Source of the DNA: Rhodobacterales bacterium
GTDB lineage: Bacteria; Pseudomonadota; Alphaproteobacteria; Rhodospirillales; JACKKN01
Assembly: GCA_020446745.1 (NCBI GenBank)
Contig: JAGREA010000296.1
Span: forward strand, 1 to 34,435
DNA: 34,435 nt
Direction: 5' to 3'
Position 1 is the stretch's first letter. Every line of letters begins with the position of its first letter. The notes under the pieces were generated by a model. It saw nothing but the letters and a program-made list of their open reading frames with translations. It did not search any database and was not told where the DNA came from. Below, piece after piece: positions 6,832-14,604 of the stretch. The position numbers were made by a program, and so were the translations under genes.

Positions 6832-7187
6832 GGAATCACGATGAATTTGCGCCGGCCCTTCACGTCCTGAAGGATCAGGGCGATGTCGGACTCGTCCACG
6901 TCGAAGTCCTCGAAGGTCTCGCGCAGCAGGGCCACGGCCTCGTCGAAGGCTTCCTCGGAAATGCCCAGGTTGGCGTGCACCCGTTCCAGCTGGTCATTGG
7001 TGTAGCTGGCCGGCCCGCCCATGATCGAGGCGATGAACTTGGTCTGGTGGTCGATCACCGTGCGCATGTCGGAATTGTGGAAATAGTCGGCCAGCACCGG
7101 CGAATCCAGCACCCGGTCGTAGAATTCGGAAACGATGCGGCTGACGGCGGCGAACCCGCCGTAGCGGTCGAATGCGGATTGGCTCAT
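6828..7187 (-). CDS. Truncated (2/2) haemoglobin, group I-like
   Basis: 119 aa. Gly-Gly hinges (DRYGGF, IMGGP), B9-B10 FY (SEFYDRVL), E-helix HQTKF, and a proximal-His context ERVHANLGISEEAFD. GGGGAGAG Shine-Dalgarno. Confidence 0.8.
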   Translation of the reverse strand: MSQSAFDRYGGFAAVSRIVSEFYDRVLDSPVLADYFHNSDMRTVIDHQTKFIASIMGGPASYTNDQLERVHANLGISEEAFDEAVALLRETFEDFDVDESDIALILQDVKGRRKFIVIP

Positions 7188-7220
7188 CGGGGCTCTCCCC
7201 AGGCGCCAGTTTCTGGCGAT

Positions 7221-7242
7221 GATTGATCGGCGATTGATCGGC
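7221..7242. promoter_or_regulatory. Perfect tandem 11-bp direct repeat (GATTGATCGGC x2) upstream of the globin-cyclase operon
   Basis: 7221-7231 and 7232-7242 are identical. The repeat lies 34-55 bp upstream of the globin ATG at 7187. Confidence 0.3.
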
Positions 7243-7354
7243 CGGCCGCCGGCACCGGCCCCCGAAGCCGATGGGTCGTCCGTCCCCTTGCGGCCCCGAT
7301 GGTAGGCCCATTCCGCCGGGATGACCAGGGGTTGGGCGCGCCGTGCAGCGCCAA

Positions 7355-7936
7355 CTACCCCCGGTGCCGCAGGAACGTCACCTGCGCCGCCCCATAGGTG
7401 CGGTTGTCCAGGGCCTCGAAGGCCGGCAGGGCGGGCGGCTTCTCGTCGGCCGCCTGTTCCAGCACCACGACGGCGCCGGGAGCCAGCCAGCCCCGCTGGG
7501 CCAGGGCCAGCAGGGCCGGGGCGGCCAGGTCCTGGTGGTAGGGCGGATCCAGGAACGCCAGGTCGAAGGGGGCGCGGACCAGGCGCGGCGGCGGCGCCAG
7601 GCGGGTGGCGTCCAGCGACAGGGCGACGATGGCGCGGGCCAGGCCCATGGCCCCGGCGTTGGCCTTCACGGCGCGCAGGGCCACCGGGTCGGCATCGATG
7701 AACACGGCCCGGTCGGCACCCCGCGACAGGGCCTCCAGCCCCAGGGCGCCGGTGCCGCAGAACAGGTCCAGCACGCCCAGGCCGTCGGCGCCGTCACCGG
7801 CCGGGTCGCCGCCTTCGATGCCGTGGGCCAGGATGTTGAAGATGGATTCCCGGGTGCGGTCCGACGTGGGCCGGCCGTCCCATTCCCGGGGCGCCTGCAG
7901 CTTCTTGCCGCGGAACCTGCCGCCGACGATGCGCAT
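7355..7936 (-). CDS. rsmD: 16S rRNA (guanine(966)-N2)-methyltransferase RsmD
   Basis: 193 aa counted from the ATG at 7936. Contains MRIVGGRFRGKKL, RPTSDRTRESIFNIL, DLFCGTGALGLEALSRGA and FLDPPY. Confidence 0.9.
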   Translation of the reverse strand: MRIVGGRFRGKKLQAPREWDGRPTSDRTRESIFNILAHGIEGGDPAGDGADGLGVLDLFCGTGALGLEALSRGADRAVFIDADPVALRAVKANAGAMGLARAIVALSLDATRLAPPPRLVRAPFDLAFLDPPYHQDLAAPALLALAQRGWLAPGAVVVLEQAADEKPPALPAFEALDNRTYGAAQVTFLRHRG

Positions 7937-7937
7937 G

Positions 7938-8783
7938 TCAGGCTCCCGTCTTGCCGGACACTGTCTTTCCGGGCGCGGCCTTGCCGCGACGGCGCGCGCC
8001 GCCTTCCTTGGTGCCGCCGCCGCCCAGTTCGGCCCACACCTTGCCCAACTGGTCGCGCAGCACCCGGCGGGGCACTTCCTCCACCTGGCCGCGGTCGAGC
8101 TGGCCGATCTGGAACGGGCCATAGCCGGTGCGGATCAGCCGGTTCACGGTGATGTCCATGGCCGCCAGCACCTTGCGGATTTCCCGGTTCTTGCCTTCGG
8201 TCAGCACCACGGTCAGCCACATGTTGGCGCCCTGCACGCTGTCCACCTGGGCCTGGATGGGGCCGTAGCGCACGCCGTCCACCTCCATGCCCCGGGCCAG
8301 GCGGTCGCGCTGGGCGTCGCTCAGGCGGCCCATGGCCCGCACCCGATAGCGCCGCCGCCAGCCCGTGGACGGCAGTTCCAGGCGCCGCGCCAGTTCGCCG
8401 TCGTTGGTCAGCAGCAGCAGTCCTTCCGACGTCAGGTCCAGGCGCCCCACGGAAACCACCCGGGGCAGGTCCTCGGGCAGCTTGTCGAACACCGTGGCCC
8501 GGCCTTCCGGGTCCCGGTGGCTGGTGACCAGGCCCGACGGCTTGTTGTAGCGCCACAGGCGCGGCGGTTCCCGGTCCGGCAGGGGCTTGCCGTCCACCAG
8601 CACGGTGTCGGCGTCGGTGACGGTCACCGCCGGGGTGTCCAGCTTGCGGCCGTTCACCTTCACCCGGCCGTCGGCGATCCACCGTTCGGCCTCGCGGCGC
8701 GAGCACAGGCCGGCCCGGGCCAGCACCTTGGCGATGCGCTCGCCCTTTTCCCCGCCCTTGTCCTCGCCCTTGTCCGCGCTCAT
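7938..8783 (-). CDS. rluB: RsuA/RluB family pseudouridine synthase (RluB-like)
   Basis: 281 aa counted from the ATG at 8783. S4 domain ERIAKVLARAGLCSRREAERWIADGRVKVNG. Catalytic VGRLDLTSEGLLLLTNDGEL. Basic C-terminal tail. Confidence 0.85.
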   Translation of the reverse strand: MSADKGEDKGGEKGERIAKVLARAGLCSRREAERWIADGRVKVNGRKLDTPAVTVTDADTVLVDGKPLPDREPPRLWRYNKPSGLVTSHRDPEGRATVFDKLPEDLPRVVSVGRLDLTSEGLLLLTNDGELARRLELPSTGWRRRYRVRAMGRLSDAQRDRLARGMEVDGVRYGPIQAQVDSVQGANMWLTVVLTEGKNREIRKVLAAMDITVNRLIRTGYGPFQIGQLDRGQVEEVPRRVLRDQLGKVWAELGGGGTKEGGARRRGKAAPGKTVSGKTGA

Positions 8784-9511
8784 GATCCGCCCCCGGCGGC
8801 GCGCACCAGGCCGGCCAGGATCTTCCCGTCGCCGGCCGAGATCTCGAATTCCGGATGCCACTGCACGCCCAGGCAGAACGGCCGGCCCGGCACCTCCAGG
8901 CCCTCGATCACCCCGTCGGGGGCGGTGGCGTTGATCACCACCCCGGCCGGGCAGTCGGCGGCGGCCTGGTGGTGGGCGCTGTTGACCTCCAGGGTGTCGG
9001 CGTCCACCAGCATGTGCAGCAGGGTGCCGGGGGCGACGGCCACGGTGTGGCCGGCCTGGTCCCGCGGGTTGGGCTGTTCGTGGGCCAGGGCGCCGGGCAC
9101 GGCGTCGGGGATGTGCTGGATCAGCGTACCGCCCAGGGCCACGTGCAGCAGCTGCTGGCCGCCGCAGATGCCCAGCAGGGGCATGTTGCGGGCCAGGGCG
9201 CCGCGCACCATGGCCAGCTCGAAGGCCGTGCGGTCGTCCTTGGTGGTCACGCTGGCGTGGCGTTCCGTGGCGCCGAACAGGGCCGGGTCCACGTCGAAGG
9301 CGCCGCCGGTGACGATCAGGCCGTCCAGGACGTCCAGGTAGGCCTCGAATAGGGCCGTCTCGTGGGGCAGCACCATGGGCAGGCCGCCGGCCCGGGCCAC
9401 GGCGCCGGCGTAATTCTCGCGAAGGGCATACCAGGGGAACTTGGAATAGCCCCCGGCGCCCTCATGGTCGGCGGTGATGCCGATGATGGGTCTGGTCATG
9501 GGGCGGACCAT
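8780..9511 (-). CDS. Class I glutamine amidotransferase, peptidase C26 (gamma-glutamyl-GABA hydrolase-like)
   Basis: Contains IIGITAD, LLGICGGQQLL (nucleophile Cys) and GVQWHPEF. The start is ATG at 9511 or 9499. The stop overlaps the rluB start (ATGA). Confidence 0.85.
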   Translation of the reverse strand: MVRPMTRPIIGITADHEGAGGYSKFPWYALRENYAGAVARAGGLPMVLPHETALFEAYLDVLDGLIVTGGAFDVDPALFGATERHASVTTKDDRTAFELAMVRGALARNMPLLGICGGQQLLHVALGGTLIQHIPDAVPGALAHEQPNPRDQAGHTVAVAPGTLLHMLVDADTLEVNSAHHQAAADCPAGVVINATAPDGVIEGLEVPGRPFCLGVQWHPEFEISAGDGKILAGLVRAAGGGS

Positions 9512-9596
9512 AGGCCCCCCCAGAACGGCGTGCAAGATCGGCGCGCAACAACGGGGATGGCTTGACCGGCGGCGGGCCAGGCGGCACGGTGCCGCC

Positions 9597-10082
9597 ATGA
9601 CCGACGCACCTTCCCCCATGGCCCCCTTTCCCATGGCCCCGTCTCCCATGTCCTTGGCGCTCGATGTGGCCCGCGCCGCCGCCGCCCGGGACGAGGTGCC
9701 CGTGGGCGCGGTGGTGGTGGAGGCCGCCACGGGCCGAGTGCTGGCCGCCGCCGGCAACCGGGTAGCGGCCGACGCCGACCCCACGGCCCACGCGGAAATC
9801 CTGGCCCTGCGCCAGGCCGCGGCGGCGCGGGGCGAACCGCGCCTGCCCGACTGCGACCTGTACGTCACGCTGGAACCCTGCGCCATGTGCGCCGCCGCCA
9901 TCTCCATGGCCCGCATCCGGCGCCTGGTGTTCGGCGCCTACGACCCCAAGGGCGGCGGCGTGGAGCACGGCCCCCGGTTCTTCCAGCAGCCCACCTGCCA
10001 CCACGCGCCCGAGGTGGTGGGCGGGGTGATGGAATCGGCGGCGTCGGAGGTGCTGAAGGCGTTCTTCCGGGAGCGGCGGTAG
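9597..10082 (+). CDS. tadA: tRNA adenosine(34) deaminase TadA
   Basis: Contains EVPVGAVVV, PTAHAEILALR and LYVTLEPCAMCAAAI (the HAE...PCxxC zinc site). Several in-frame ATGs (9597, 9618, 9633, 9648) make the start uncertain. Confidence 0.88.
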   Translation: MTDAPSPMAPFPMAPSPMSLALDVARAAAARDEVPVGAVVVEAATGRVLAAAGNRVAADADPTAHAEILALRQAAAARGEPRLPDCDLYVTLEPCAMCAAAISMARIRRLVFGAYDPKGGGVEHGPRFFQQPTCHHAPEVVGGVMESAASEVLKAFFRERR

Positions 10083-10088
10083 GCAGGG

Positions 10089-10184
10089 CTTCGAGACGGG
10101 CCTGCGGCCCTCCTCAGCCCGAGGGTGGTGTTTGTTGCAAGGACCCGACCTCACCCTGAGGTGCGAGCAACGCGAGCCTCGAAG
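10089..10184. repeat. Structured REP-like intergenic element, copy B
   Basis: It has the same architecture as 5658-5751 and long identical blocks (CTTCGAGACGG, CCTCCTCAG, CTGAGGTGCGAGC, GCGAGCCTCGAAG). It lies between convergent tadA and DUF1244 ends. Confidence 0.65.
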
Positions 10185-10206
10185 GGTCGGCGCCGCGTGG
10201 GCGGAT

Positions 10207-10530
10207 CTACCCCTTGTGGTGCCCGCTGATCACCGCGTGGAGCGGCTTGGTGTCCTCGAACGTCTGCTGCTGCTCGGGGCTGGCCTCTTTCTGGAAGTCG
10301 CGCTTCCATGCGTCGTAGGTCATGCCGTAGACGATTTCCCGGGCCTCGTCATAGGACATCTCCTGGCCCCGTTCCTCGGCCGCCGCCCGGTACCACTTGG
10401 ACAGGCAGTTGCGGCAGAAGCCGGCCAGGTTCATCAGGTCGATGTTCTGCACGTCGGTGCGCCGTTGCAGGTGTTCCACCAGGCCGCGGAAGGCGGCGGC
10501 TTCCACCTCGGTGCGGGTTTTGTCGTCCAT
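10207..10530 (-). CDS. DUF1244 domain protein
   Basis: 107 aa counted from the ATG at 10530. Contains FRGLVEHLQRRTDVQNIDLMNLAGFCRNCLSKWY...EAREIVYGMTYDAWK, which is characteristic of this small conserved family. Confidence 0.8.
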   Translation of the reverse strand: MDDKTRTEVEAAAFRGLVEHLQRRTDVQNIDLMNLAGFCRNCLSKWYRAAAEERGQEMSYDEAREIVYGMTYDAWKRDFQKEASPEQQQTFEDTKPLHAVISGHHKG

Positions 10531-10593
10531 GGGCGGGGTCCTCGTTGTTGATGGTCCGCCCTCCATATGGGGCGTGGACGATACCTTTCCAGG

Positions 10594-11865
10594 TCAGCGG
10601 TTGATGGCCCGCCAGCCGATGTCGCGGCGGCAGAAGCCTTCCGGCCAGTCGATGGCGTCGACGGCCGCATAGGCCTTGCGCTGGGCCTCGGCCACCGTGG
10701 CGCCGCGCGCCGTGATGCCCAGCACCCGGCCGCCGTTGGCGGTGACCTTGCCGCCCTTGGCCTTGGTGCCGGCGTGGAACACCACCACGTCCTCCATGGC
10801 TCCGGCGGCCTCCAGGCCCCGGATCTCGGAGCCCCGCTCGTAGTAGCCCGGATAGCCCTTGGTGGCCATGACCACCACCAGGGCGGCGTCGTCGTGCCAT
10901 TCCAGGGTCACCTTGTCCAGGCTGCCCTCGGCGCAGGCCACCAGGGCCTCCAGCACGTCGGATTTCAGGCGCATCATCAGCGGCTGGCATTCCGGGTCGC
11001 CGAAACGGCAGTTGAATTCCAGCACCCGGGGGCCCTGTTCGGTGATCATCAGGCCGGCGTACAGCACGCCCTTGTAGGGATGGCCTTCCTCGGCCATGCC
11101 CTGGATCACCGGCATCACCACCTTTTCCATGATGCTGTCGATCAGCTCCTGGGTCACCACCGGGGCCGGGGTATAGGCGCCCATGCCGCCGGTGTTGGGG
11201 CCCTCGTCGCCGTCGCCCACGGCCTTGTGGTCCTGGGCCGACACCAGGGGCAGGGCGTGGGTGCCGTCCACCAGGGCGAAGAAGCTGGCCTCCTCGCCGG
11301 GCATGAATTCCTCGATGATCACCTCGTCGCCCGATTCCCCGAAGGCGCGCTCGATCATGATGTGGTCGATGGCGGCGAAGGCCTCGTTGTTGTTGCGGCA
11401 CACGATCACGCCCTTGCCGGCGGCCAGGCCGTCGGCCTTCACCACCAGGGGCGCGCCCTTGCGCAGGATGTATTCCTTGGCCGCCTCGGGCTCGTCGAAC
11501 ACGGCGTATTCGGCCGTCGGCACCTCATAGCGGGCCAGCAGGTCCTTCATGTAGCCCTTCGAGCCCTCGATGTTCGCCGCCTGGGCGCTGGGCCCGAAGG
11601 CCGGAATGCCCTGGGCCTTCAGCCTGTCCACCAGGCCCGCCACCAGGGGCTTTTCCGGGCCCACCACCACGAAGTCGATCTCCTTGCGCCTGGCGAAGTC
11701 CACCAGGCCCGACACGTCGTCCTCGGCGATGGCCACGCACTCGGCCACGTCGGCGATGCCCGCGTTGCCCGGCGCGCAGTAAAGCTGGTCGCAGTTCGGT
11801 GACCGGGCGATGGCCCAACACAGGGCGTGCTCGCGCCCGCCGCCTCCGACCACCAGAACCTTCAT
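10594..11865 (-). CDS. purD: Phosphoribosylamine--glycine ligase
   Basis: 423 aa. Begins MKVLVVGGGGREHAL, with an ATP-grasp core and ...EFNCRFGDPE.... Confidence 0.95.
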   Translation of the reverse strand: MKVLVVGGGGREHALCWAIARSPNCDQLYCAPGNAGIADVAECVAIAEDDVSGLVDFARRKEIDFVVVGPEKPLVAGLVDRLKAQGIPAFGPSAQAANIEGSKGYMKDLLARYEVPTAEYAVFDEPEAAKEYILRKGAPLVVKADGLAAGKGVIVCRNNNEAFAAIDHIMIERAFGESGDEVIIEEFMPGEEASFFALVDGTHALPLVSAQDHKAVGDGDEGPNTGGMGAYTPAPVVTQELIDSIMEKVVMPVIQGMAEEGHPYKGVLYAGLMITEQGPRVLEFNCRFGDPECQPLMMRLKSDVLEALVACAEGSLDKVTLEWHDDAALVVVMATKGYPGYYERGSEIRGLEAAGAMEDVVVFHAGTKAKGGKVTANGGRVLGITARGATVAEAQRKAYAAVDAIDWPEGFCRRDIGWRAINR

Positions 11866-11955
11866 GTCACCGTTCCCTCATGTTGGCGTTCCCGTGCCGG
11901 CCCTTGCCCGCCCCGCGCGGACGGGGGAGACTGGCACCGCGCTTTCGTATCATAG

Positions 11956-13386
11956 ATGTTGCTTCGGATGACTCAACACCCGGCTGACACCCAGCACAAC
12001 CTGCCCGTCCTGACCGTGGGCGAGGTCTCGCAGGAGATCAAACGCACGATGGAGGACCGGTTCCGCCATTTGCGCGTGCGGGGCGAGATTTCCGGCTTCA
12101 AGCGGGCCGCCTCGGGCCACCTGTACTTCAAGCTGAAGGACGCCGACGCGGTGCTGGACGCCGTGTGCTGGCGCGGCCAGGCCGGACGCCTGGCGATTCG
12201 CCCCGAGGACGGCATGGAGGTGATCGCCACCGGCCGGGTAACCACCTATCCGGGCCGCTCGTCCTACCAGATCGTGGTCGATTCCCTGGACCTGGCCGGC
12301 GAGGGCGCGCTGCTGAAGATGCTGGAGGACCGGCGCCGCCGCCTGGCCGCCGAGGGCCTGTTCGACGCCGAGCGCAAGCGCCCCCTGCCCCACCTGCCCC
12401 GGGTCATCGGCGTGGTCACCTCGCCCACCGGGGCGGTCATCCGCGACATCCTGCACCGCCTGCACGACCGCTTCCCCACCCGGGTGCTGGTGTGGCCGGT
12501 GCTGGTCCAGGGCACCGGCGCGGCCGAACAGGTGGCGGCGGCCATCCGCGGCTTCAACGCCCTGCCCCCCGACGGTCCCGTGCCGCGCCCCGACCTGATC
12601 ATCGTCGCCCGGGGCGGCGGCAGCCTGGAAGACCTGATGGCCTTCAACGAGGAGGCCGTGGTGCGCGCCGCCGCCGACAGCGCCCTGCCCCTGATCTCCG
12701 CCGTGGGGCACGAGACGGACACCACCCTGATCGACCATGCCGCCGACCTGCGCGCCCCCACGCCCACGGCGGCGGCGGAGCTGGCCGTGCCTGTGCGCCG
12801 CGAGCTGCTGGCCCAGGTGCTGGACGACGGGGCCCGCCTGGAAGCCGCCATGGCCCGCCTGATGGACGGCCACCGCCTGCGCCTGACCGGCCTGGCCCGG
12901 GGCCTGCCGGACCCGCGCCGCCTGGCCGAAACGGCGGCCCAGCGCCTGGACGACTGGAGCGAGCGCCTGGCCAACGCCCTGGCCGCCGGGCTGGACCGGC
13001 GCCGCCAGCGCCTGGCGTCCCTGTCCCCGCCCAGCCCGCGCCACCGCCTGGACCGGGCCCGGGAGCGCCTGGCCGGGGAATCCCGGGCCCTGGGCATGGC
13101 CGCCGGACACCTGCTGGTGCGCCGCCGCGACCGCCTGGAGCGCCTGTCGGGGTTGCTGGACAGCTATTCCTACGAACGGGTGCTGGAACGGGGCTTCGCC
13201 CTGGTCAGCGACGCCGTCGGGCAGCCCGTCACCCGGGCCAAGGGCCTGAAGGCGGGGCAGGACCTGTCGATCCGTTTCGGCGACGGCAGCCGCGCCGTGC
13301 GGGTGACCGGCGGTGCCGCGCCCAAGCCCGCCCCCCCGGCCCGCAAGCCCCGCCGCGATCCCGATGACCAGGGAGACCTGTTCTGA
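11956..13386 (+). CDS. xseA: Exodeoxyribonuclease VII large subunit
   Basis: 476 aa. OB-fold N-terminus (VGEVSQEIKRTMEDRF...VRGEISGFKRAASGHLYFKLKD), IGVVTSPTGA, RGGGSLEDL and SAVGHETD. An alternative ATG lies at 11968. Confidence 0.93.
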   Translation: MLLRMTQHPADTQHNLPVLTVGEVSQEIKRTMEDRFRHLRVRGEISGFKRAASGHLYFKLKDADAVLDAVCWRGQAGRLAIRPEDGMEVIATGRVTTYPGRSSYQIVVDSLDLAGEGALLKMLEDRRRRLAAEGLFDAERKRPLPHLPRVIGVVTSPTGAVIRDILHRLHDRFPTRVLVWPVLVQGTGAAEQVAAAIRGFNALPPDGPVPRPDLIIVARGGGSLEDLMAFNEEAVVRAAADSALPLISAVGHETDTTLIDHAADLRAPTPTAAAELAVPVRRELLAQVLDDGARLEAAMARLMDGHRLRLTGLARGLPDPRRLAETAAQRLDDWSERLANALAAGLDRRRQRLASLSPPSPRHRLDRARERLAGESRALGMAAGHLLVRRRDRLERLSGLLDSYSYERVLERGFALVSDAVGQPVTRAKGLKAGQDLSIRFGDGSRAVRVTGGAAPKPAPPARKPRRDPDDQGDLF

Positions 13387-14216
13387 TGCGCTGTCTGCTT
13401 GCCCTGGTCATCCTGCTGGCCCTGGCCGCCCCCGCCCACGCGGCGGCGCCGGCCGCCCCCACCTTCGACCGCACGCCCCGGCAGGGCGCCCTGCTGGTGG
13501 GCACCACCACGCCGGGCAGCCGGGTGCTCCTGGGCCGGGACAACCTGCGCACGGACGACGCCGGGCGCTTCCTGCTGGCCCTGGACCGCGACGCCCCGGC
13601 CCACGTGGCCCTGCGCATCGTCGGCCCCGACGGCACCGAAGGCACCTTCGACCTGGCCGTGGCGCCCCGGGCCTGGAAGGTGGAGCGGGTGAACGGCCTG
13701 CAGCCCAAGAAGGTGACGCCCGACCCCGAACACCTGAAGCGCATCCGCGCCGAGGGCGCCCTGATCGCCCAGGCCCGCCGGCGGGACAGCGCCGCCGCCC
13801 GGGTGCCCGCCGCCTTCGCCTGGCCGGTCACCGGGCGCATCTCGGGCGTGTTCGGCAGCCAGCGGGTGCTCAACGGCCAGCCCCGCAGCCCCCACCGGGG
13901 CCTGGACATCGCCGCCCCGCCGGGCACCCCCGTCCGGCCCATGGCGCCGGGGGTGGTGTCGCTGGTCCACCCGGACATGTTCTACACCGGCCGCACGGTG
14001 ATGGTGGACCACGGCTTCGGTCTGGCGTCGGTCTACGTCCACATGCGCGACATCGCCGTCACCGAGGGCCAGAAGGTGGATGCGGATACGGTGATCGGCA
14101 CCGTGGGCCAAAGCGGCCGGGCCACCGGGCCCCACCTGCACTGGGGGGTCAGCCTGTTCGGCACCCTGGTGGACCCGGCGGGCCTGGTGGGGCCCATGCC
14201 TCAAGAGGGCCAGTAG
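13386..14216 (+). CDS. M23 family metallopeptidase (secreted)
   Basis: 276 aa. Signal peptide, HRGLDIAAPPGTPV, and GPHLHWG. The start overlaps the xseA stop (TGATG). Confidence 0.88.
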   Translation: MRCLLALVILLALAAPAHAAAPAAPTFDRTPRQGALLVGTTTPGSRVLLGRDNLRTDDAGRFLLALDRDAPAHVALRIVGPDGTEGTFDLAVAPRAWKVERVNGLQPKKVTPDPEHLKRIRAEGALIAQARRRDSAAARVPAAFAWPVTGRISGVFGSQRVLNGQPRSPHRGLDIAAPPGTPVRPMAPGVVSLVHPDMFYTGRTVMVDHGFGLASVYVHMRDIAVTEGQKVDADTVIGTVGQSGRATGPHLHWGVSLFGTLVDPAGLVGPMPQEGQ

Positions 14217-14265
14217 GGAAAAGGCCGGCATGGGGCGGCGCGAACGCCTCGCATCCACAACGCCA

Positions 14266-14293
14266 TTGAAATCTCCCACCTGGCAGGTATACT
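14266..14293 (+). promoter_or_regulatory. Sigma70-like promoter (TTGAAA-N16-TATACT) for the small secreted peptide gene
   Basis: The -35 element is at 14266-14271 and the -10 element at 14288-14293. It lies in an AT-rich island about 35 bp upstream of the ATG at 14328. Confidence 0.4.
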
Positions 14294-14327
14294 ATTCACC
14301 TTCGATCCTTTGGATGAGGAGCGGACC

Positions 14328-14498
14328 ATGCGTATCACCATTGCGACGGTACTGACCGTTGCGTTCACCGTGGGGCTGGCGGCGCAAAGCCTGGCCTGTG
14401 ATTTCCACGGCAAGGCCCATTCCGTGATGCTCCCGACGCAGCAATCCGTGGCGGATACTTCCTCCACCGTCGTCGTGGTCCCCGGCAAGGGGGGCTGA
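14328..14498 (+). CDS. Small secreted protein (56 aa) with a Cys/His/Met-containing mature N-terminus
   Basis: MRITIATVLTVAFTVGLAAQSLA|CDFHGKAHSVMLP.... GAGGAG Shine-Dalgarno 7 nt upstream of the ATG at 14328 (the track start at 14310 is TTG). Flanked by its own promoter-like and terminator signals. Confidence 0.55.
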   Translation: MRITIATVLTVAFTVGLAAQSLACDFHGKAHSVMLPTQQSVADTSSTVVVVPGKGG

Positions 14499-14537
14499 GG
14501 CCCCTCGGGCCACTAGGGTTTCCTTCTTTCCAATTCT

Positions 14538-14565
14538 GGCCGCCCCTCGGGGCGGTCTTTTTTTG
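14538..14565 (+). terminator. Rho-independent terminator
   Basis: GC stem CCGCCC-ctcg-GGGCGG followed by TCTTTTTTT, 40 bp after the small ORF stop. Confidence 0.7.
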
Positions 14566-14604
14566 ATTCCGGGTGGCCTCCGGGGGGTGGTATGACCTCG
14601 GCCC

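Noticed and set aside
11866-11955. Purine/ZTP-type riboswitch upstream of purD
   Set aside because: The 90-nt divergent spacer shows none of the conserved ZTP or purine riboswitch sequence blocks when read in purD sense. It is probably just two back-to-back promoters.
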